Part shown: piece after piece, positions 1 through 8,087 of the stretch
How the letters are laid out: each line of letters starts with the position of its first letter
How positions within the stretch are numbered: position 1 is the first letter of the stretch
NCBI RefSeq assembly: GCF_900142435.1
Contig: NZ_LT670846.1
Location: 204,486 to 228,485, forward strand
From: Thermocrinis minervae
GTDB taxonomy: Bacteria > Aquificota > Aquificia > Aquificales > Aquificaceae
DNA: 24,000 nt
Direction: 5' to 3'
Made by a program: the position numbers and the translations under genes
The notes under the pieces: model-generated
Databases searched by the model: none
Told to the model about the DNA's origin: nothing
What the model saw: only the letters and a program-made list of their open reading frames with translations

Positions 1-915
1 ATCGTATAGCTCTGATATCTTAAACAGGTCTGCTCTGGGCCCCATGTAGACACCGAGCAGCTCTATCTCCCTTACGAAGATGTACCTTATGTCTATTTTT
101 GTCTCACTTCCTGTAGTAGTTCCGAAGAAAACCAACTTTCCACCCTTTCTCAGGCACTCCACACTCTTCCAGAAGGTGGAGCTTCCCACATGGTCCATCA
201 CTATGTCCACACCTTCTTTAAAGATCGATCTTACCTCTTTGACCACATCCTGCGTGTAATGGTTTATAACCACATCAGCCCCAAGCTCTTTGCATCTCCT
301 GGCTTTTTCCTCGTTTCCTGCCGTTGTTATGACAAAGGCTCCAAAGAGCTTAGCAACCTGTATACCCACTACACCAACACCGGAAGAGCCACCCCATATG
401 AGAACCTTATGGTAAGGCTTTATCTGAGCCTTCTCAACTAGAGCGTTCCAAACAGTAAGAGATGTAAGGGGAAAGCTGCAAGCCTCCTCAAAGCTCAAGT
501 TTTTAGGCTTTGGTAAGACGTTTCTCTCCGGAACCTTAACAAACTCTGCATAAGCTCCCTTAGTTTTGAGTCCTAGTATGTCGTAATCCCTACAATGGTT
601 ATCATGTCCCTTCTGGCAGTCGTAGCACACGCCACAGGATAGCCCAGGAGCTACTATAACCTCATCTCCTTCTTTCACACTTTTAACACCTTCTCCCACT
701 TTGCATACAACACCACTAACATCTGAACCTAAGATATGAGGCAGCTGCGGTTTTACAGCCAACGCTCCCATCCTAACCCAAAGGTCAAGGTGGTTAAGGG
801 CTACGCACTTAACCTTTATGAGTACCTCACCAGGACCTACAGAAGGTTCCGGAAAATCCTCTACGTACTGTAGGTTCTCAACACCACCGAAGTCCTTCAA
901 AACTACTGCACGCAT
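1..915 (-). CDS. Zinc-dependent alcohol dehydrogenase / quinone oxidoreductase family (MDR) protein; C-terminal end runs off the window
   Basis: Absent from the ORF track because it is open to the window edge. My minus-strand translation from ATG at 915-913 gives 305 codons without a stop: MRAVVLKDFGGVENLQYVEDFPEPSVGPGEVLIKVKCVALNHLDLWVRMG... It has the structural-zinc motif CGVCYDCQKGHDNHC (C-x2-C-x2-C-x7-C) and the glycine-rich nucleotide fold IWGGSSGVGV. Confidence 0.8.
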   Translation of the reverse strand, partial: MRAVVLKDFGGVENLQYVEDFPEPSVGPGEVLIKVKCVALNHLDLWVRMGALAVKPQLPHILGSDVSGVVCKVGEGVKSVKEGDEVIVAPGLSCGVCYDCQKGHDNHCRDYDILGLKTKGAYAEFVKVPERNVLPKPKNLSFEEACSFPLTSLTVWNALVEKAQIKPYHKVLIWGGSSGVGVVGIQVAKLFGAFVITTAGNEEKARRCKELGADVVINHYTQDVVKEVRSIFKEGVDIVMDHVGSSTFWKSVECLRKGGKLVFFGTTTGSETKIDIRYIFVREIELLGVYMGPRADLFKISELYD

Positions 916-920
916 GTAAG

Positions 921-1178
921 TTACATCCCATTTACCATGTTCTCAAGCTTTACACCTTCACCCTCTTGCGGACTGTTTATGTGGTGGGAATGCCTAACTT
1001 TAAACGTTACTTTGTGTTTTCTATGCTTTTTGTGTTTTTTGTGTTTCTTGTGTTTCTTGTGCTTGCTAAACTTAACCACCTTCATCCTTTTTTCTTTAGC
1101 GTCTGCATGGTTAACAAACACAGGCTCTAGCAGGCTAAAAGAAAAAAGGGCTAGCATAAGAAATAGTAGCTTCCTCAT
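921..1178 (-). CDS. Small secreted His/Lys-repeat protein (hypothetical)
   Basis: 85 aa. The N-terminus MRKLLFLMLALFSFSLLEPVFVNHADA looks like a signal peptide, followed by the tract KHKKHKKHKKHKKHRKHK. GGAGGTG lies 5 nt upstream of the ATG, inside the end of the upstream gene, and the gap to that gene is 2 nt. Confidence 0.6.
   Translation of the reverse strand: MRKLLFLMLALFSFSLLEPVFVNHADAKEKRMKVVKFSKHKKHKKHKKHKKHRKHKVTFKVRHSHHINSPQEGEGVKLENMVNGM
1011..1064. repeat. Six tandem 9-bp units (TTTGTGTTT, TCTATGCTT, TTTGTGTTT, TTTGTGTTT, CTTGTGTTT, CTTGTGCTT) encoding the HKK repeat on the minus strand
   Basis: Read directly from the sequence; the period is 9 bp, in frame with CDS 921-1178. Confidence 0.85.
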
Positions 1179-1180
1179 GA

Positions 1181-1717
1181 TTACACCTCCTCTTGAGTAG
1201 TATACACCTCAAACAGCTCTCTGTAGAGCTCCGAGTCTATCCTCCTAGCAGTGTGCCTCTCCTTTGGTATTTCATCCAACTCAACAAAGTAAAGGCAGTT
1301 GGTAACACATTTAGAGACGCAGGAAGGTAAAAGACCCCTTTCTACTCTACTGTAGCAGTAGTCACACTTTTCTACCTTCATGGTGGATGGGTTAAAGCTT
1401 ATAGCACCGTAAGGACAAGCTATTATGCAGGCTTTGCAGCCTATACACAACGGCTTTTCCACGTACACTATACCATCCTTTTCCCTCTTCTTCATAGCAG
1501 AAGTAGGACATGCAAACACGCATGGAGCAGGATCGCAGTGAAAGCAGTTCATGGGAAGGAAGAAAGCATCGGCAGCGTCACCCACGTGTCCTATCCTGAA
1601 GACCTTCATAGGTCTTATGCCAAACTCCTCTATACCTTTTTCCTGCTTACATGCCACCTCACAGGAGAGGCAGCCTATACATCTGTCAAGGTCTATGAGC
1701 ATAACTGGTTTTGCCAT
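1181..1717 (-). CDS. Four-cluster 4Fe-4S ferredoxin-like protein (DmsB/NrfC/PsrB-type electron-transfer subunit)
   Basis: 178 aa with four Cys clusters: CIGCLSCEVAC, CFHCDPAPCVFACP, CIGCKACIIACP and CDYC...CVSKC. Confidence 0.85.
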   Translation of the reverse strand: MAKPVMLIDLDRCIGCLSCEVACKQEKGIEEFGIRPMKVFRIGHVGDAADAFFLPMNCFHCDPAPCVFACPTSAMKKREKDGIVYVEKPLCIGCKACIIACPYGAISFNPSTMKVEKCDYCYSRVERGLLPSCVSKCVTNCLYFVELDEIPKERHTARRIDSELYRELFEVYTTQEEV

Positions 1718-1758
1718 ACTACCTGTGATTATAACTTAGCGGTTAAAATACTATACCC

Positions 1759-2676
1759 ATGGAGTACGCATTCTTTGAAGGCAAGATAGTTCCCGTAGAA
1801 GAGGCCAAGATAAGCATAAAGACCAACTCTTTCCACTACGGTACTGCCGTGTTTGAGGGGATAAGGGCCTACTGGAACGAAAAAGACCAACAGCTCTATA
1901 TGCTCTTCGCAAAGGAACACTATGACAGGCTCATCAGGAACGCAAGGGCTCTTTTTATGGAACTCCCCTACACGGCCGAAGATTTAGTAGAGATAACCAA
2001 AGAACTCTTAAGAAAGAACCAGATAAGGCAGGATGTCTACATAAGACCCATAGCCTATTTTAAGGACCTTGCACTGACTCCAAAGCTCGTAGGTTTCACA
2101 CCTGAGGTGGCCATATACACCTACAATTTTGGAAGATACCTAAACACTTCTTCAGGTATAAGGGTAAAGGTGTCCTCCTGGAGAAGGAACGACGACAACT
2201 CTATACCCTCAAGGTGGAAGGTGGCGGGAGCTTACGTCAACAGTGCGCTGGCCAAGACAGAAGCCCTGCTAGCAGGATACGACGAGGCCATAATGCTTAA
2301 CCAACACGGCTTTTTGGCAGAAGGCTCAGGCGAGAACATATTTCTGATAAGGGAAGGGAAGGCTATAACACCTTCCTACCAGGAGCACATACTGGAGGGT
2401 ATAACTAGGAAGGCTGTGATTATGCTACTCAAAAAGGAACTCGTAATGGAGGTTATAGAAAGACCTGTGGCCAGGAGTGAACTTTACGTAGCCGACGAGA
2501 TATTCTTGACAGGTACCGCTGCTGAGATAACTCCTGTGGTAGAAGTAGATAATAGGAAGGTAGGAAACGGCGAAATAGGGCCTATAACGAGGGAGCTTCA
2601 AGAGATCTACTTTAACGCCGTAAGAGGTAACATAGAAAGGTACAAGGTCTGGCTAACACCCGTGTATGAAAAATAG
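1759..2676 (+). CDS. ilvE: Branched-chain amino acid aminotransferase
   Basis: 305 aa. It has class IV aminotransferase features (HYGTAVFEGIRAY, AGAYVNSALAK, EGSGENIF, TGTAAEITPV). Confidence 0.9.
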   Translation: MEYAFFEGKIVPVEEAKISIKTNSFHYGTAVFEGIRAYWNEKDQQLYMLFAKEHYDRLIRNARALFMELPYTAEDLVEITKELLRKNQIRQDVYIRPIAYFKDLALTPKLVGFTPEVAIYTYNFGRYLNTSSGIRVKVSSWRRNDDNSIPSRWKVAGAYVNSALAKTEALLAGYDEAIMLNQHGFLAEGSGENIFLIREGKAITPSYQEHILEGITRKAVIMLLKKELVMEVIERPVARSELYVADEIFLTGTAAEITPVVEVDNRKVGNGEIGPITRELQEIYFNAVRGNIERYKVWLTPVYEK

Positions 2677-3730
2677 TACATTTGAGGAGCTGAAAGAAAG
2701 AGCAGAATCCCTTCTCAGAGAGGAAAGGTTCTTATCCTCAAAGGAACCAATAAAAAGGTTGCTCAAGGACAAGGGCATACCTTACCAAGAAGAAAAGTTT
2801 GAAGTTGAAGTACTGGTTCCGCAAGAGGTAAAACTGCAGGTAGATAACAGAACTGTACCCGCTGTGGGATACGTAGGAAGCCCAAACATCGAAGTTGAAG
2901 GATACGTAAAAGAAGACCCTTTGGCTGGAGATATAGCATTAACTCCCAAAAGGTCTGACAGAAGGGTTTTTCAGAAACTAAAGGAAAAGGGTGTAAAGGC
3001 CATTATAACGTACATGGAAGATCTAGATGCACATTTCCACGGTAGCGCGGTGGGTCTTGACCTTCCAATAATCAACGTAAGAAAAGAACATGTAGAGTTA
3101 CTCAAGGATGCATACGTAAAGCTCAAAGTAAAGAGTAAGCTCGTAAAAACCACAGGAACCAACCTTCTGTCAGAAGTAGGAAGAGGAGCCATATTCTACC
3201 TCGTAGCGCATACTGACACAAAGCCAGGCACTTTTGGAGCCATAGACAACGGCATAGGCTTTTTAACCCTTATATACATATTTGACGAGCTAAGAAGAGA
3301 CTACAAACTTCCCTTTAAACTTAGGCTGCTACTTACAGACTTTGAAGAAGTAGGCCTTCTAGGATCAAAGCATCACGTACAGAAATTACCAAAACACACT
3401 TACTACTGTATAAACGTAGACTCCATAGGATGGACAAACCCATCCGTCCTGTACAAGGATGCAGAAGGCTACAACGGTCAAACTATAAACGAAAAGTTTT
3501 TCAAGCACGCGTCTGAGTTCAGTGTAAACATAGAATGGAAGGCTGTACCGTCCGCCATCAGCGACCATATACCCTTTAAACAGCAGGGAGTAGAAACGCT
3601 CTTTTTGACCTCACATCCCTTCTCTATAAGACATACGCCGTACGATAACGTTCACAGCATAGACTGGGATATGGTACGCATGTGGTTTGACCTTATACTT
3701 TCCTTCATAAGGAGGTTTCACAAGATATGA
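2666..3730 (+). CDS. M28-family metallopeptidase / aminopeptidase
   Basis: 354 aa. Metal-ligand regions typical of M28 are present: AHTDTKPGTFGAIDNGIG and DFEEVGLLGSKHH, with a distal SDHIPF. It overlaps the ilvE stop by 11 nt. Confidence 0.75.
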   Translation: MKNSTFEELKERAESLLREERFLSSKEPIKRLLKDKGIPYQEEKFEVEVLVPQEVKLQVDNRTVPAVGYVGSPNIEVEGYVKEDPLAGDIALTPKRSDRRVFQKLKEKGVKAIITYMEDLDAHFHGSAVGLDLPIINVRKEHVELLKDAYVKLKVKSKLVKTTGTNLLSEVGRGAIFYLVAHTDTKPGTFGAIDNGIGFLTLIYIFDELRRDYKLPFKLRLLLTDFEEVGLLGSKHHVQKLPKHTYYCINVDSIGWTNPSVLYKDAEGYNGQTINEKFFKHASEFSVNIEWKAVPSAISDHIPFKQQGVETLFLTSHPFSIRHTPYDNVHSIDWDMVRMWFDLILSFIRRFHKI

Positions 3731-4299
3731 TGTTTCTGCTGATTCTCATACTACCACTCCTTGTATGGTCGGATACACTTAGCAACCTAAGCAAGAAGCT
3801 TGAGAAGGTAAGGACCATAAGGGTAGACTTTATACAGAGAGTTCAGTACCCATGGTCAGCAAGACCTGAGATTTCAAAGGGCATAATATACGCACAGAAG
3901 GGTGGCAAGTTCAGGATAGAGTACACAAGCCCACAAAGGCTTTTGATAGTATCAAACGGTAAAGACATACTCATAGAGTACCCCGGGAAAAATATAAGGT
4001 ATATAGACAACATTCAGAACAACAGATCCTCAGTGGTGGAGGCCATCTTTTTACTTTCAAAACCCCTGGAAGATGTATTTAAACCAGTGCTCGAGAGTTC
4101 AAGGAACGGTAAAGTAATGCTAACGCTTGTACCTAAGGTAAAAGATAGCACTATAGAAAGAGTAACGCTAGAGTTAGAAGACTTGGACATACGGAAGATG
4201 TGGATAGAGGCCCCAGACGGTACACGTGTGGAGCTAGAGTTCATAAACATAAAGGAGAACTTTACACCATCCCCAAACCTGTTTACAGTATGGAAATAA
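3727..4299 (+). CDS. lolA: LolA-like outer-membrane lipoprotein carrier protein
   Basis: 190 aa with signal peptide MMFLLILILPLLVWS. The LolA-like pattern is L...L..V.TIRVDFIQ followed by alternating beta-strand sequence. ATGA overlap with the upstream peptidase gene. Confidence 0.65.
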   Translation: MMFLLILILPLLVWSDTLSNLSKKLEKVRTIRVDFIQRVQYPWSARPEISKGIIYAQKGGKFRIEYTSPQRLLIVSNGKDILIEYPGKNIRYIDNIQNNRSSVVEAIFLLSKPLEDVFKPVLESSRNGKVMLTLVPKVKDSTIERVTLELEDLDIRKMWIEAPDGTRVELEFINIKENFTPSPNLFTVWK

Positions 4300-4748
4300 G
4301 AAGGCTTACACCAGAGGATATACCAAGCATGGTAGACCTGTATCTGGAAGGCTACAAGGGTTTGGAAGAGTATGCCTACACGAACCGAGAAGATGTAGAG
4401 GCTTACATGGGGTGGCTCTTCAGAAGAGATGTAGCTGGAATATGGGGTGCATTTGACAACGGTAAACTTGTGGGCTTTGTAGCAGCAGATGGCAACTGGT
4501 TTAGCAAGAGAGAGGGTAAAGTGGTTGGAGCCATACACGAGCTTGTAGTACATCCCAAGTACAGAGGTATGGGATTAGGTAAGAAGCTTATGAAGAAAGC
4601 TTTGGAATACTTCAAAGAAAGAGGTCTTGACCTTGCTGAACTTTGGGTGGGAGATGAAAACAAAGATGCAATAAACTTTTACAAGTCTTTGGGTTTTAAG
4701 GAAAGAGACAGGTTTAACTACTGGATAAGGATGGTAAGGAATGTTTAA
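4290..4748 (+). CDS. GNAT-family N-acetyltransferase
   Basis: The ORF-track frame 4200-4748 overlaps lolA heavily. The internal ATG at 4290 (MEIRRLTPEDIPS...) gives a typical 152-aa GNAT with acetyl-CoA motif VHPKYRGMGLGKKLMKKA. Confidence 0.8.
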   Translation: MEIRRLTPEDIPSMVDLYLEGYKGLEEYAYTNREDVEAYMGWLFRRDVAGIWGAFDNGKLVGFVAADGNWFSKREGKVVGAIHELVVHPKYRGMGLGKKLMKKALEYFKERGLDLAELWVGDENKDAINFYKSLGFKERDRFNYWIRMVRNV

Positions 4749-5478
4749 GGAAGGTGATTACATCCTTATAGTCTACGGAGACAAAAGATTCTTAAAAAGA
4801 CTAAGTAAAGGCTTCAGCCTTAACGTAAAGGATGCAGTCTTGAAATTCGAGGATGTGGTAGGAAAGGAAGAAGGGAGCAAAGTAGGAGATTTTTACCTAT
4901 TTAGACCAACGGTAGAAGAGATAATTCTGTACGGTTTTAAGAGAAAAACTCAGATAATCTATCCGAAGGATGCCTTCTACATAGCTTACACCCTTGGTTT
5001 GGACAAGAGTAAGAGGGTACTAGAGTTTGGAACTGGAAGCGGAGCCCTTACGACTGTACTTTCTCTACTCGGAGGTGAGGTGTGGACCTTTGAGGCTTCT
5101 GAGAATTTCTATAAGCTAGCCCTTAGCAACTGGGAAGCTTTTGGTCTTTGTAAGGAGGTAAAGCACTTTAACATGGACTTTATGCAAGCAGAGTTGGAAG
5201 AAGAGTTTTTTGACGCTGCCTTTGTAGACGTAAGAGAACCATGGCACTACCTTGAAAAGCTTCACAAAGTACTAAAGAAGGGAGCAAGGTGTGGATTCTT
5301 ACTCCCTACAACAAACCAAGTTAGCACCCTTCTTAAAAACCTACAGGGTTTATTCTCGGATGTGACAGTCCTCGAGATACTCCACAGGTACTACAAAACA
5401 AACCCAGATAGACTAAGGCCCGAAGACAGGATGGTAGCCCACACGGGCTATCTTATATTCTGCAGGAAGATAACGTAG
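4741..5478 (+). CDS. trmI: tRNA (adenine-N1)-methyltransferase, TrmI/Gcd14 family (m1A58)
   Basis: 245 aa. N-terminal beta domain (FKEGDYILIVYGDKRFLKRL), then IIYPKDAFYI and SAM motif I LEFGTGSGALT. Confidence 0.7.
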   Translation: MFKEGDYILIVYGDKRFLKRLSKGFSLNVKDAVLKFEDVVGKEEGSKVGDFYLFRPTVEEIILYGFKRKTQIIYPKDAFYIAYTLGLDKSKRVLEFGTGSGALTTVLSLLGGEVWTFEASENFYKLALSNWEAFGLCKEVKHFNMDFMQAELEEEFFDAAFVDVREPWHYLEKLHKVLKKGARCGFLLPTTNQVSTLLKNLQGLFSDVTVLEILHRYYKTNPDRLRPEDRMVAHTGYLIFCRKIT

Positions 5479-5954
5479 CTTTCCTTTATGTCAGGCAGGC
5501 TTATTCTGCAATAATCAAAGCCCGTGGGAACTTCAGACCCCTTCATTATGAATATGTACCTACTTGACAGTCTCCTCAGAAGCTCAAGTATATCTTCAAG
5601 CTTCCCTAGAGCCCTACAGACCACTAGGTCAAAAGTCCTTTCTACCTTCTCGGCCCTTGTACAGAGGACCTCATAGTCCAAAGAGAGCTTTACCTTAAGG
5701 TACTCCAAGAAGGAACACTTCTTATGAACGCTCTCTATTAAAGTAAGGTTTATCCTGTCGCCGTAGAATATCTTTAAGGGTACACCTGGAAAGCCAGCTC
5801 CGCTACCCACATCACAGACAGAAAGGCCATCTACGCGTATGGACTTCTCCTCAAAACAAAGGCTAAGACTGATCGAGTCTAAAAAGTGTCTTACCACTAT
5901 GAGATGATCTTCTTCTATGGAGGTTAAGTTATGAACCTTGTTCCATCTTTTCAA
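5448..5954 (-). CDS. rsmG: 16S rRNA m7G527 methyltransferase RsmG (GidB); conservative TTG start, the true start is probably further upstream
   Basis: KRWNKVHNLTSI, RHFLDS and VCDVGSGAGFPGVPLKI are classic RsmG motifs. The frame stays open and RsmG-like up to 6068 (see finding). Confidence 0.85.
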   Translation of the reverse strand: MKRWNKVHNLTSIEEDHLIVVRHFLDSISLSLCFEEKSIRVDGLSVCDVGSGAGFPGVPLKIFYGDRINLTLIESVHKKCSFLEYLKVKLSLDYEVLCTRAEKVERTFDLVVCRALGKLEDILELLRRLSSRYIFIMKGSEVPTGFDYCRISLPDIKESYVIFLQNIR

Positions 5955-6028
5955 CTCTTGGAGGTATACGTAGAAAAGGTCTATTTGCTGTTGATTAAGC
6001 TGAAAGCCGTTCCTTGAAAAGACCTCCT

Positions 6029-6622
6029 TTATAAGCTCCTTAGTATGTATCGCAGATCCTCCGCCATCTTATCAGGATCCTGCTTACCTGGTGTGTAGAT
6101 TGCCTTTATCTTCATATCTGGAGTGACTAGGTAGACGCTAGCCGTATGGTCCACCAAGTAGCCCACGGCAGAACCGCTGTTTTCTACCTTCCTGTAGTAG
6201 ACTTTGTACTCCTTTGCCACATTTCTTATCTCATCAGGGGTTCCAGTAAAGCCCATGAAGTTAGGATTGAAAAAGGGTACGTAGCCTTTTAGCTGCTGCG
6301 GTGTGTCCCTTTCTGGGTCAACGCTTATGAATATTACCTTAACTCTCTTTTGCTCCTCAGGGGACAACTTTTTGTACATGGTTGCGAGCCTTTGAAGTGT
6401 ATCGGGGCATACGTCTGGACAGTTGGTGTAGCCGAAGAATATGAGGGCAACTTTATCCTTGCCCAGGAGTTGGGAAAGCTTCTCCCTCTTGCCATCCTGG
6501 TTGGTAAGCTCAAAGTCATACGCGGGCAGATCCACCACATGACCGTAGAACTTGTAGGGCTTTTGACAAGACCAGAGAATCATAAGGAAGGTAAAGACAA
6601 AGAGAAAGTTAAACCTACTCAT
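6029..6622 (-). CDS. SCO1/SenC-family copper chaperone (thioredoxin fold), probable lipoprotein
   Basis: 197 aa with signal and lipobox-like LILWSC, the CPDVCP (CxxxC) copper motif and downstream DHTASVYLV. Confidence 0.85.
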   Translation of the reverse strand: MSRFNFLFVFTFLMILWSCQKPYKFYGHVVDLPAYDFELTNQDGKREKLSQLLGKDKVALIFFGYTNCPDVCPDTLQRLATMYKKLSPEEQKRVKVIFISVDPERDTPQQLKGYVPFFNPNFMGFTGTPDEIRNVAKEYKVYYRKVENSGSAVGYLVDHTASVYLVTPDMKIKAIYTPGKQDPDKMAEDLRYILRSL

Positions 6623-6635
6623 AAGATACTAAATT

Positions 6636-7079
6636 TTAACCACCAAAGGCTGTTATGTAGTCAGCAACTGTGGACGCTGCTATAGACCTTGGCTTGACCA
6701 CAGGTTTTAAACCCTGAGCAAGAACGTAACCTATGGCTTCCTTTATTATGATGCTTGAACCGTGCTCAGGGTTAGGGTTTATGTCTAGGTGTACCTCAAA
6801 GGGTCTGTCTTCCACCACTTCCGCTATCTCCAAGGCTACAAGGACGGCCCTGCTTACCTCTTCCATAAGTCTCTGCCTTAGAGACTTTATCTTGTTAACC
6901 TTCTCCGTCTTCCAGAAGACCTTAGCTCCCCTACATGAATCTATATGAACCACGATAACTGTCACAAATAGGGTCTTGTCCTTCAACTGCCTTGAATCAC
7001 AACCCACGTAAACGGCTGTCTGCTTTGAGGTTTCTCTTATAAACCTTTTGACCTCTTCCACGTCGCTGTACTGGGGCAT
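6636..7079 (-). CDS. YkuK/DUF458-like protein (RNase H-like fold family), function unknown
   Basis: 147 aa. VYVGCDSRQ...FVTVIVVH...GAKVF and the C-terminal KPRSIAASTVADY match my recollection of the DUF458 pattern. No search was run. Confidence 0.55.
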   Translation of the reverse strand: MPQYSDVEEVKRFIRETSKQTAVYVGCDSRQLKDKTLFVTVIVVHIDSCRGAKVFWKTEKVNKIKSLRQRLMEEVSRAVLVALEIAEVVEDRPFEVHLDINPNPEHGSSIIIKEAIGYVLAQGLKPVVKPRSIAASTVADYITAFGG

Positions 7080-7081
7080 GT

Positions 7082-7402
7082 TTATATCTTAAAGTCTACG
7101 TTCTTTACCCAGGTGGGCCTGAAGAATATCCAATCTTTCATGTTTTCCGGCGTTCTTGAGTAGCAGACTTCACACAGAAGTCCGTTCTCTACTAGCTTAG
7201 AGTTGTCATCGCAGCAGTCTGTAAGGTTCCAAAACTCATACCCATCGTGGAAGATTAATTTTCCACATGAAAGACAGTTGTAAAGCTTACATCCCTTAGA
7301 AGCGAGAAAATCTTCAAGTTCAAGCTCTTGATCAAGCTCATCAAGTTCAAACGTGGTCTTTAAAAACTCCCTCTGCTTTTCAGATAGTTCCTTCAGCTTC
7401 AT
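7082..7402 (-). CDS. Cys-rich hypothetical protein (putative zinc-ribbon)
   Basis: 106 aa with an acidic N-terminal helix, then CLSC...(30 aa)...CEVC plus a CC pair. It overlaps the cmk stop by 23 nt and ends 2 nt before the next gene. Confidence 0.5.
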   Translation of the reverse strand: MKLKELSEKQREFLKTTFELDELDQELELEDFLASKGCKLYNCLSCGKLIFHDGYEFWNLTDCCDDNSKLVENGLLCEVCYSRTPENMKDWIFFRPTWVKNVDFKI

Positions 7403-8039
7403 GCTTTTGTAATATATAGCTCAAGATCTCCTTTACAACCTCCTCAAGGGTCTTGTTGGTAGTGTCTACGATTATGGCATCCTCGGCAGGCCTGAAAGGA
7501 TAAAGGGGTCTTTCACTGTCTCTCTTGTCCCTCTCTACTATGCTCTTTAAAACCTCTTCATATGTTACCTTAATGCCTTTGCTTACAAGGTCTTTGTACC
7601 TCCTCCTTGCCCTTTCACGTGGATCTGCCGTTATGAAGAACTTTATGTCTGCGTTTGGGAATATATGTGTACCTACGTCCCTTCCCTCTGCTACGACCTG
7701 CCTCTGTCCCACCAAGGCCCTAAAGAACTCTATCATCTTCTCTCTTAGCTCCGGCAGAGATGCAAGCTTGGAAGCCTCTGTACTTACCTCTTCAGTGTAA
7801 AGCTCCTCAGACAACTCTTTACCTCTGTAAAAGACTCTAGTTATGCCTATGTCAAAGACCACATCAAAATCTTCGTTAAACAAGGAAAGGGGGTATTTTA
7901 CCTTATTCTGGGATGCTATATAAGCGAACAGCCTATAGACCTTACCCGTTTCAAGATACGGTAGGTTTAAAATCTTAGATAGCTCTCTAGCTACTGAGCT
8001 TTTACCACTAGCTGCAGGTCCATCCACAGCTATCTTCAT
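7380..8039 (-). CDS. cmk: Cytidylate kinase
   Basis: MKIAVDGPAASGKSSVAREL has the P-loop at the usual distance from the N-terminus. The ORF track starts 7 codons earlier at a TTG (8060); I prefer the ATG at 8039. Confidence 0.9.
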   Translation of the reverse strand: MKIAVDGPAASGKSSVARELSKILNLPYLETGKVYRLFAYIASQNKVKYPLSLFNEDFDVVFDIGITRVFYRGKELSEELYTEEVSTEASKLASLPELREKMIEFFRALVGQRQVVAEGRDVGTHIFPNADIKFFITADPRERARRRYKDLVSKGIKVTYEEVLKSIVERDKRDSERPLYPFRPAEDAIIVDTTNKTLEEVVKEILSYILQKHEAEGTI

Positions 8040-8087
8040 AGATGTGTTATCATAATACAATTAGCTACATTTTTGAAAGGAGGTGGT

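Noticed and set aside
937-1200. 87-aa plus-strand ORF (…CFLCFLCFLCFLCFLC…)
   Set aside because: It is a mirror-frame artefact of the 9-bp repeat. The minus-strand ORF has a signal peptide, a strong SD and operon coupling.
4014-4553. 179-aa minus-strand ORF
   Set aside because: It is antisense to the well-supported lolA and GNAT genes. It has no recognisable motifs and a Ser/Thr-rich shadow-frame composition.
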